Of a stretch of DNA of 64,000 nucleotides, positions 53,401-64,000 are shown piece by piece (position 1 is the first letter of the stretch; every line of letters begins with the position of its first letter). This stretch comes from Eledone cirrhosa. Taxonomy: Eukaryota. The DNA lies in assembly GCA_964016885.1 (NCBI GenBank), contig OZ024741.1, forward strand, positions 50,902,001 to 50,966,000. Reading direction: 5' to 3'. Both the position numbers and the translations under genes were made by a program. The notes beneath the pieces are model-generated. The model saw only the letters and a list, made by a program, of their open reading frames with translations, was not told the origin of the DNA and did not search any database.

Positions 53401-56400
53401 TATGGTTATATTGGTGTAGAGAGAGTTGGCTGATGGTTCGATGGTGGTGGATGGTGGTGTCTATGTATTGTGTGGTTATATTCGTGTAAAGTTGGCTGAT
53501 GGTTCGATGGTGGTGGACGGTGGTGTCTGTGTATTGTGTGGTTATATTGGTGTAGAGAGAGTTGGCTGATGGTTCGATGGTGGTGGATGGTGGTGTCTAT
53601 GTATTGTGTGGTTATATTGGTGTTGAGTTGGCTGATGGTTCGATGGTGGTGGATGGTGGTGTCTATGTATTGTGTGGTTATATTGGCGTAAAGAGAGTTG
53701 GCTGATGGTTCGATGGTGGTGGAGGGTGGTGTCTATGTATTGTGTGGTTATATTGGTGTAAAGAGTGTTGGCTGATGGTTCGATGGTGGTGGATGGTGGT
53801 GTCTATGTATTGTGTGGTTATATTGGTGTAGAGAGAGTTGGTTGATGGTTCGATGGTGGTGGACGGTGGTGTCTATGTATTGTGTGGTTATATTGGTGTA
53901 AAGAGAGTTGGTTGATGGTTCGATGGTGGTGGACGGTGGTGTCTATGTATTGTGTGGTTATATTGGTGTAGAGTTGGCTGATGGTTCGATGGTGGTGGAT
54001 GGTGGTGTCTATGTATTGTGTGGTTATAGTGGTGTAGAGAGACTTGGCTGATGGTTCGGAGGTGGTGGACGGTGGTGTCTGTGTATTGTGTGGTTATATT
54101 GGTGTAGAGAGAGTTGGCTGATGGTTCGATGGTGGTGGACGGTGGTGTCTATGTATTGTGTGGTTATATTGGTGTAGAGAGAGTTGGCTGATGGTTCGAT
54201 GGTGGTGGATGGTGGTGTCTATGTATTGTGTGGTTATATTGGTGTAGAGAGACTTGGCTGATGGTTCGGAGGTGGTGGACGGTGGTGTCTGTGTATTGTG
54301 TGGTTATATTGGTGTAGAGAGAGTTGGCTGATGGTTCGATGGTGGTGGACGGTGGTGTCTATGTATTGTGTGGTTATATTGGTGTAGAGAGAGTTGGCTG
54401 ATGGTTCGATGGTGGTGGATGGTGGTGTCTATGTATTGTGTGGTTATATTGGTGTAGAGAGACTTGGCTGATGGTTCGGAGTTGGTGGACGGTGGTGTCT
54501 GTGTATTGTGTGGTTATATTGGTGTAGAGAGATGGCTGATGGTTAGATGGTGGTGGACGGTGGTGTCTATGTATTGTGTGGTTATATTGGTGTAGAGAGA
54601 GTTGGCTGATGGTTCGATAGTGGTGGACGGTGGTGTCTATGTATCGTGTGGTTATATTGGTGTAAAGAGAGTTGGTTGATGGTTCGATGGTGGTGGACGG
54701 TGGTGTCTATGTATCGTGTGGTTATATTGGTGTAGAGAGAGTTGGCTGATGGTTCGATGGTGGTGGATGGTGGTGTCTATGTATTGTGTGGTTATATTGG
54801 TGTTGAGAGAGTTGGTTGATGTTTCGATGGTGGTGGACGGTGGTGACTATGTATCGTGTGGTTATATTGGTGTAGATAGAGTTGGTTGATGGTTCGATGG
54901 TGGTGGATGGTGGTGTCTATGTATTGTGTGGTTATATTGGTGTAGATAGAGTTGGGTGATGGTTCAATGGTGGGGGACGGTGGTGTCTATCTATTTTGTG
55001 GTTATATTGGTGTAGATAGAGTTGGTTGATGGTTCGATTGTGGTGGACGGTGGTGTCTATGTATTGTGTGGTTATATTGTAGTAGAGCTGGCTGATGGTT
55101 CGATGGTGGTGGACGGTGGCGTCTATGTATCGTGTGGTTATATTGGTGTAGAGTTGGCTGATGGTTCAATGGTGATGGACGGTGGTGTCTATGTATCGTG
55201 TGGTTATATTGGTGTAGAGAGAGTTGGCTGATGGTTCGATGGTGGTGGACGGTGGTGTCTATGTATTGTGTGGTTATATTGGTGTAGAGTTGGCTGATTG
55301 TTCGATGGTGGTGGACGGTGGTGTCTATGTATTGTGTGGTTATATTGGTGTAAAGAGAGTTGGCTGAGAGTTCGATGGTGGTGGAGGGTGGTGTCTACGT
55401 ATCGTGTGGTTATATTGGTGTAGAGTGAGTTGGCTGATGGTTCGATGGTGGTGGATGGTGGTGTCTATGTATTGTGTGGTTATATTGGTGTAGATAGAGT
55501 TGGTTGATGGTTCGATGGTGGGGGACGGTGGTGTCTATGTATTTTGTGGTTATATTGGTGTAGATAGGGTTGGTTGATGGTTCGATTGTGGTGGACGGTG
55601 GTGTCTATGTATCGTGTGGTTATATTGGTGTAGAGTTGGCTGATGGTTCAATGGTGGTGGACGGTGGTGTCTATGTATCGTGTGGTTATATTGGTGTAGA
55701 GAGAGTTGGCTGATGGTTCGATGGTGGTGGACGGTTGTGTCTATGTATTGTGTGGTTATATAGGTGTAGAGTTGGCTGATTGTTCGATGGTGTTGGACGG
55801 TGGTGTCTATGTATTGTGTGGTTATATTGGTGTAAAGAGAGTTGGCTGATAGTTCGATGGTGGTGGAGGGTGGTGTCTATGTATTGTGTGGTTATATTGG
55901 TGTAAAGAGAGTTGGCTGATGGTTCGATGGTGGTGGATGGTGGTGTCTATGTATCGTGTGGTTATATTGGTGTAGAGTTGGCTGATTGTTCGATGGTGGT
56001 GGACGGTGGTGTCTATGTATTGTGTGGTTATATTGGTGTAAAGAGAGTTGGCTGATAGTTCGATGGTGGTGGAGGGTGGTGTCTATGTATTGTGTGGTTA
56101 TATTGGTGTAAAGAGAGTTGGCTGATGGTTCGATGGTGGTGGATGGTGGTGTCTATGTATTGTGTGGTTATATTGGTGTAGAGAGAGTTGGCTGATGGTT
56201 CGATGGTGGTGGAGGGTGGTGTCTATGTATTGTGTGGTTATATTGGTGTAGAGTTGGCTGATGGTTCGATGGTGGTGGATGGTGGTGTCTATGTATTGTG
56301 TGGTTATATAGGTGTAGAGTTGGCTGATTGTTCGATGGTGTTGGACGGTGGTGTCTATGTATTGTGTGGTTATATTGGTGTAGAGAGAGTTGGCTGATGG

Positions 56401-59400
56401 TTCGATGGTGGACGATGGTGGTGTCTATGTATTGTGTGGTTATATTGGTGTAGAGTTGGCTGATTGTTCGATGGTGGTGGACGGTGGTGTCTATGTATTG
56501 TGTGGTTATATTGGTGTAAAGAGAGTTGGCTGATAGTTCGATGGTGGTGGAGGGTGGTGTCTATGTATTGTGTGGTTATATTGGTGTAAAGAGAGTTGGC
56601 TGATGGTTCGATGGTGGTGGATGGTGGTGTCTATGTATTGTGTGGTTATATTGGTGTAGAGAGAGTTGGCTGATGGTTCGATGGTGGTGGAGGGTGGTGT
56701 CTATGTATTGTGTGGTTATATTGGTGTAGAGAGAGTTGGCTGATGGTTCGATGGTGGTGGAGAGTGGTGTCTATGTATTGTGTGGTTATATTGGTGTAGA
56801 GAGAGTTGGCTGATGGTTTGATGGTGGTGGAGGGTGGTGTCTATGTATTGTGTGGTTATATTGGTGTAGAGAGACTTGGCTGATGGTTCGATGGTGGTGG
56901 AGGGTGGTGTCTATGTATTGTGTGGTTATATTGGTGTAGAGAGAGTTGGCTGATGGTTTGATGGTGGTGGAGGGTGGTGTCTGTGTATTGTGTGGTTATA
57001 TTGGTGTAGAGAGAGTTGGCTGATGGTTCGATGGTGGTTGACGGTGGCGTCTGTGTATCGTGTGGTTATATTGGTGTAGAGAGAGTTGGCTGATGGTTCG
57101 ATGGTGGTGGAGGGTAGTGTCTATGTATTGTGTGGTTATATTGGTGTAGAGAGAGTTGGTTGATGGTTCGATGGTGGTGGATGGTGGTGTCTATGTATTG
57201 TGTGGTTATATTGGTGTAGAGAGAGTTGGCTGATGGTTCGATGGTGGTGGATGGTTGTGTCTATGTATTGTGTGGTTATATTGGTGTAGAGAGAGTTGGT
57301 TGATGTTTCGATGGTGGTGGAGGGTGGTGTCTATGTATTATGTGGTTATATTGGTGTAGAGAGAGTTGGTTGATGGTTCGATGGTGGTGGATGGTGGTGT
57401 CTATGTATTGTGTGGTTATTTTGGTGTAGAGTTGGCTGATGGTTCGATGGTGGTGGAGGGTGGTGTCTATGCATTGTGTGGTTATATTGGTGTAGAGAGA
57501 GTTGGCTGATGGTTCGATGGTGGTGGACGGTGGTGTCTATGTATTGTGTGGTTATATTGGTGTAGAGAGAGTTGGCTGATGGTTCGATGGTGGTGGAGGG
57601 TGATGTCTATGTATTGTGTGGTTATATTGGTGTAGAGAGAGTTGGTTGATGGTTCGATGGTGGTGGACGGTGGTGTCTATGTATTCTGTGGTTATATTGG
57701 TGTAAAGTTGGCTGATGGTTCGATGGTGGTGGACGGTGGTGTCTGTGTATTGTATGGTTATATTGGTGTAGAGAGAGTTGGCTGATGGTTCGATGGTGGT
57801 GGATGGTGGTGTCTATGTATTGTGTGGTTATATTCGTGTAAAGTTGGCTGATGGTTCGATGGTGGTGGACGGTGGTGTCTGTGTATTGTGTGGTTATATT
57901 GGTGTAGAGAGAGTTGGCTGATGGTTCGATGGTGGTGGATGGTGGTGTCTATGTATTGTGTGGTTATATTGGTGTTGAGTTGGCTGATGGTTCGATGGTG
58001 GTGGATGGTGGTGTCTATGTATTGTGTGGTTATATTGGCGTAAAGAGAGTTGGCTGATGGTTCGATGGTGGTGGAGGGTGGTGTCTATGTATTGTGTGGT
58101 TATATTGGTGTAAAGAGTGTTGGCTGATGGTTCGATGGTGGTGGATGTTGGTGTCTATGTATTGTGTGGTTATATTGGTGTAGAGAGAGTTGGTTGATGG
58201 TTCGATGGTGGTGGACGGTGGTGTCTATGTATTGTGTGGTTATATTGGTGTAAAGAGAGTTGGTTGATGGTTCGATGGTGGTGGACGGTGGTGTCTATGT
58301 ATTGTGTGGTTATATTGGTGTAGAGTTGGCTGATGGTTCGATGGTGGTGGATGGTGGTGTCTATGTATTGTGTGGTTATAGTGGTGTAGAGAGACTTGGC
58401 TGATGGTTCGGAGGTGGTGGACGGTGGTGTCTGTGTATTGTGTGGTTATATTGGTGTAGAGAGAGTTGGCTGATGGTTCGATGGTGGTGGACGGTGGTGT
58501 CTATGTATTGTGTGGTTATATTGGTGTAGAGAGAGTTGGCTGATGGTTCGATGGTGGTGGATGGTGGTGTCTATGTATTGTGTGGTTATATTGGTGTAGA
58601 GAGACTTGGCTGATGGTTCGGAGGTGGTGGACGGTGGTGTCTGTGTATTGTGTGGTTATATTGGTGTAGAGAGAGTTGGCTGATGGTTCGATGGTGGTGG
58701 ACGGTGGTGTCTATGTATTGTGTGGTTATATTGGTGTAGAGAGAGTTGGCTGATGGTTCGATGGTGGTGGATGGTGGTGTCTATGTATTGTGTGGTTATA
58801 TTGGTGTAGAGAGACTTGGCTGATGGTTCGGAGTTGGTGGACGGTGGTGTCTGTGTATTGTGTGGTTATATTGGTGTAGAGAGATGGCTGATGGTTCGAT
58901 GGTGGTGGACGGTGGTGTCTATGTATTGTGTGGTTATATTGGTGTAGAGAGAGTTGGCTGATGGTTCGATAGTGGTGGACGGTGGTGTCTATGTATCGTG
59001 TGGTTATATTGGTGTAAAGAGAGTTGGTTGATGGTTCGATGGTGGTGGACGGTGGTGTCTATGTATCGTGTGGTTATATTGGTGTAGAGAGAGTTGGCTG
59101 ATGGTTCGATGGTGGTGGATGGTGGTGTCTATGTATTGTGTGGTTATATTGGTGTTGAGAGAGTTGGTTGATGTTTCGATGGTGGTGGACGGTGGTGACT
59201 ATGTATCGTGTGGTTATATTGGTGTAGATAGAGTTGGTTGATGGTTCGATGGTGGTGGATGGTGGTGTCTATGTATTGTGTGGTTATATTGGTGTAGATA
59301 GAGTTGGTTGATGGTTCGCTTGTGGTGGACGGTGGTGTCTATGTATTGTGTGGTTATATTGTAGTAGAGCTAGCTGATGGTTCGATGGTGGTGGACGGTG

Positions 59401-62400
59401 GCGTCTATGTATCGTGTGGTTATATTGGTGTAGAGTTGGCTGATGGTTCAATGGTGATGGACGGTGGTGTCTATGTATCGTGTGGTTATATTGGTGTAGA
59501 GAGAGTTGGCTGATGGTTCGATGGTGGTGGACGGTGGTGTCTATGTATTGTGTGGTTATATTGGTGTAGAGTTGGCTGATTGTTCGATGGTGGTGGACGG
59601 TGGTGTCTATGTATTGTGTGGTTATATTGGTGTAAAGAGAGTTGGCTGATAGTTCGATGGTGGTGGAGGGTGGTGTCTACGTATCGTGTGGTTATATTGG
59701 TGTAGAGTGAGTTGGCTGATGGTTCGATGGTGGTGGATGGTGGTGTCTATGTATTGTGTGGTTATATTGGTGTAGATAGAGTTGGTTGATGGTTCGACGG
59801 TGGGGGACGGTGGTGTCTATGTATTTTGTGGTTATATTGGTGTAGATAGGGTTGGTTGATGGTTCGATTGTGGTGGACGGTGGTGTCTATGTATCGTGTG
59901 GTTATATTGGTGTAGAGTTGGCTGATGGTTCAATGGTGGTGGACGGTGGTGTCTATGTATCGTGTGGTTATATTGGTGTAGAGAGAGTTGGCTGATGGTT
60001 CGATGGTGGTGGACGGTTGTGTCTATGTATTGTGTGGTTATATAGGTGTAGAGTTGGCTGATTGTTCGATGGTGTTGGACGGTGGTGTCTATGTATTGTG
60101 TGGTTATATTGGTGTAAAGAGAGTTGGCTGATAGTTCGATGGTGGTGGAGGGTGGTGTCTATGTATTGTGTGGTTATATTGGTGTAAAGAGAGTTGGCTG
60201 ATGGTTCGACGGTGGTGGATGGTGGTGTCTATGTATCGTGTGGTTATATTGGTGTAGAGTTGGCTGATTGTTCGATGGTGGTGGACGGTGGTGTCTATGT
60301 ATTGTGTGGTTATATTGGTGTAAAGAGAGTTGGCTGATAGTTCGATGGTGGTGGAGGGTGGTGTCTATGTATTGTGTGGTTATATTGGTGTAAAGAGAGT
60401 TGGCTGATGGTTCGATGGTGGTGGATGGTGGTGTCTATGTATTGTGTGGTTATATTGGTGTAGAGAGAGTTGGCTGATGGTTCGATGGTGGTGGAGGGTG
60501 GTGTCTATGTATTGTGTGGTTATATTGGTGTAGAGTTGGCTGATGGTTCGATGGTGGTGGATGGTGGTGTCTATGTATTGTGTGGTTATATAGGTGTAGA
60601 GTTGGCTGATTGTTCGATGGTGTTGGACGGTGGTGTCTATGTATTGTATGGTTATATTGGTGTAGAGAGAGTTGGCTGATGGTTCGATGGTGGACGATGG
60701 TGGTGTCTATGTATTGTGTGGTTATATTGGTGTAGAGTTGGCTGATTGTTCGATGGTGGTGGACGGTGGTGTCTATGTATTGTGTGGTTATATTGGTGTA
60801 AAGAGAGTTGGCTGATAGTTCGATGGTGGTGGAGGGTGGTGTCTATGTATTGTGTGGTTATATTGGTGTAAAGAGAGTTGGCTGATGGTTCGATGGTGGT
60901 GGATGGTGGTGTCTATGTATTGTGAGGTTATATTGGTGTAGAGAGAGTTGGCTGATGGTTCGATGGTGGTGGAGGGTGGTGTCTATGTATTGTGTGGTTA
61001 TATTGGTGTAGAGTTGGCTGATGGTTCGATGGTGGTGGACGGTGGTGTCTATGTATTGTGTGGTTATATTGGTGTAGAGAGAGTTGGCTGATGGTTCGAT
61101 GGTGGTGGAGGGTGGTGTCTATGTAATGTGTGGTTATATTGGTGTAGAGTTGGCTGGTGGTTCGATGGTGGTGGACGATGGTGTCTATGTATTGTGTGGT
61201 TATATTGGTGTAGCGAGAGTTGGTTGATGGTTCGATGGTGGTGGACGGTGGTGTCTATGTATGGTGTGGTTATATTGGTGTAAAGAGAGTTGGCTGATGG
61301 TTCGATGGTGGTGGAGGGTGGTGTCTATGTATTGTGTGGTTATATTGGTGTAAAGAGTGTTGGCTGATGGTTCGATGGTGGTGGATGGTGGTGTCTATGT
61401 ATTGTGTGGTTATATCGGTGTAGAGTTGGCTGATGGTTCGATGGTGGTGGATGGTGGTGTCTATGTATTGTGTGGTTATATTGGTGTAGAGTTGGCTGAT
61501 GGTTCGATGGTGGTGGACGGTGGTGTCTATGTATTGTGTGGTTATATTGGTGTAGAGAGAGTTGGCTGATGGTTCGATGGTGGTGGACGGTGGTGTCTAT
61601 GTATTGTGTGGTTATATTGGTGTAAAGAGTGTTGGCTGATGGTTCGATGATGGTGGATGGTGGTGTCTATGTATCGTGTGGTTATATTGGTGTAGAGTTG
61701 GCTGATGGTTCGATGGTGGTGGACGGTGGTGTCTATGTATTGTGTGGTTATATTGGTGTAGAGAGAGTTGGCTGATGGTTCGATGGTGGTGGACGGTGGT
61801 GTCTGTGTATTGTGTGGTTATATTGGTGTAAAGAGAGTTGGCTGATGGTTCGATGGTTGTGGAGGGTGGTGTCTATGTATTGTGTGGTTATATTAGTGTA
61901 GAGTTGGCTGATGGTTCGATGGTGGTGGACGGTGGTGTCTACGTATTGTGTGGTTATATTGGTGTAGAGTTGGCTGATGGTTCGATGGTGGTGGACGGTG
62001 GTGTCTATGTATTGTGTGGTTATATTGGTGTAGAGAGAGTTGGCTGATGGTTCGATGGTTGTGGAGGGTGGTGTCTATGTATTGTGTGGTTATATTGGTG
62101 TAAAGAGAGTTGGTTGATGGTTCGATGGTGGTGGACGGTGGTGTCTAAGTATTGTGTGGTTATATTGGTGTAAAGAGAGTTGGCTGATGGTTCGATGGTG
62201 GTGGACGGTGGTGTCTATGTATTGTGTGGTTATAGTGGTGTAGAGTTGGCTGATGGTTCGATGGTGGTGGAGGGTGGTGTCTGTGTATTGTGTGGTTATA
62301 TTGGTGTAGAGTTGGCTGATGGTTCGATGGTGGGGGATGGTGGTGTTTATGTATCGTATGGTTATATTGGTGTAGAGAGAGTTGGCTGATGGTTCGATGG

Positions 62401-64000
62401 TGGTGGATGGTGGTGTCTATGTATCGTGTGGTTATATTGGTGTAGAGTGAGTTGGCTGATGGTTCGACGGTGGTGGACGGTGGTGGCTATGTATCGTGTG
62501 GTTATATTGGTGTAAAGAGAGTTGGCTGATGGTTCAATGGTGGTGGACGGTGGTGTCTATGTATTGTGTGGTTATATTGTTGTAGAGTGGGCTGATGGTT
62601 CGATGGTGGTGGATGGTGGTGTCTATGTATTGTGTGGTTATATTGTTGTAGAGTTGGCTGATGGTTCGATGGTGGTGGACGGTGGTGTCTATGTATTGTG
62701 TGGTTATATTGGTGTAGAGCTGGCTGATGGTTCGATGGTGGTGGACGGTGGTGTCTATGTATTGTGTGGTTATATTGGTGTAGAGTTGGCTGATGGTTCG
62801 ATGGTGGTGGATGGTGGTGTCTATGTATTGTGTGGTTATATTGGTGTAGAGAGAGTTGGTTGATGGTTCGATGGTGGTGGATGGTGGTGTCTATGTATTG
62901 TGTGGTTATATTGGTGTAAAGAGAGTTGGCTGATGGTTCGATGGTGGTGGATGGTGGTGTCTATGTATTGTGTGGTTATATTGGTGTAGAGAGAGTTGGC
63001 TGATGGTTCGATGGTGGTGGAGGGTGGTGTCTATGTATTGTGTGGTTATATTGGTGTAAAGAGAGTTGGCTGATGGTTCGATGGTGGTGGATGGTGGTGT
63101 CTATGTATTGTGTGGTTATATTGGTGTAGAGAGAGTTGGCTGATGGTTCGATGGTGGTGGACGGTGGTGTCTATGTATTGTGTGGTTATATTGGTGTAGA
63201 GTTGGCTGATGGTTCGATGGTGGTGGACGGTGGTGTCTATGTATTGTGTGGTTATATTGATGTAAAGAGAGTTGGCTGATAGTTCGATGGTTGTGGACGG
63301 TGGTGTCTATGTATTGTGTGGTTATATTGGTGTAAAGAGAGTTGGCTGATGGTTTGATGGTGGTGGATGGTGGTGTCTATGTATTGTGTGGTTATATTGG
63401 TGTAGAGAGAGTTGGTTGATGGTTCGATGGTGGTGGAGGGTGGTGTCTATGTATTGTGTGGTTATATTGGTGTAGAGAGAGTTGGCTGATGGTTCGATGG
63501 TGGTGGAGGGTGGTGTCTATGTATTGTGTGGTTATATTGGTGTAGAGTTGGCTGGTGGTTCGATGGTGGTGGACGATGGTGTCTATGTATTGTGTGGTTA
63601 TATTGATGTAAAGAGAGTTGGCTGATAGTTCGATGGTGGTGGACGGTGGTGTCTATGTATTGTGTGGTTATATTGGTGTAAAGAGAGTTGGCTGATAGTT
63701 TGATGGTGGTGGATGGTGGTGTCTATGTATTGTGTGGTTATATTGGTGTAGAGAGAGTTGGTTGATGGTTCGATGGTGGTGGAGGGTGGTGTCTATGTAT
63801 TGTGTGGTTATATTGGTGTAGAGAGAGTTGGCTGATGGTTCGATGGTGGTGGAGGATGGTGTCTATGTATTGTGTGGTTATATTGGTGTAGAGTTGGCTG
63901 GTGGTTCGATGGTGGTGGACGATGGTGTCTATGTATTGTGTGGTTATATTGGTGTAGCGAGAGTTGGTTGATGGTTCGATGGTGGTGGACGGTGGTGTCT
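20476..64000. repeat. Tandem satellite array, 70/66-bp monomer, running off the window end
   Basis: Consensus GAGTTGGCTGATGGTTCGATGGTGGTGGA(C/T/G)GGTGGTGTCTATGTATTGTGTGGTTATATTGGTGTA(GAGA). Uniform orientation, no insertion seen, roughly 630 monomers by length/period. Confidence 0.99.

Noticed and set aside
20557-62863. Many MADGSMVVDGGVYVLCGYIGVEL repeat ORFs
   Set aside because: They arise only where 66-bp monomers are adjacent. The commoner 70-bp monomer breaks the frame, so there is no sign of coding constraint.
20476-64000. Satellite as a CRISPR array, telomere repeat or hammerhead-containing satellite
   Set aside because: There are no unique spacers and no TTAGGG units. The monomer has CTGATGG rather than CTGANGA, lacks GAAA and has too few C residues to form the stems.

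Overview
Repeat-only eukaryotic (animal) genomic DNA with no recognisable intact host gene. The AT-rich (TA)n/(CA)n/(CATA)n landscape and tRNA-derived SINEs suggest an octopus/cephalopod genome (inference). Bases 1-19.3 kb hold three 5'-truncated, decayed Penelope-like retroelements (PLEs) of different types on the minus strand, a non-autonomous Helitron with a RepHel fragment, a mariner remnant, several MITEs and two SINE families. This part also has a dense cluster of type I hammerhead-ribozyme motifs. Some sit in PLE 3' regions and others in short head-to-head palindromes inserted in (TA)n tracts, including a ~420-bp non-coding, circularly permuted, retrozyme-like unit whose two ribozyme copies covary in stem I. 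After a ~1.1-kb (ACT/ACC)n-(ACA/GCA)n tract, the remaining ~43.5 kb is one G/T-skewed 66/70-bp satellite array with nested higher-order duplications of ~0.56, 2.06, 3.3-4.3 and ~27 kb. All structures and alignments were read by eye and need computational confirmation.
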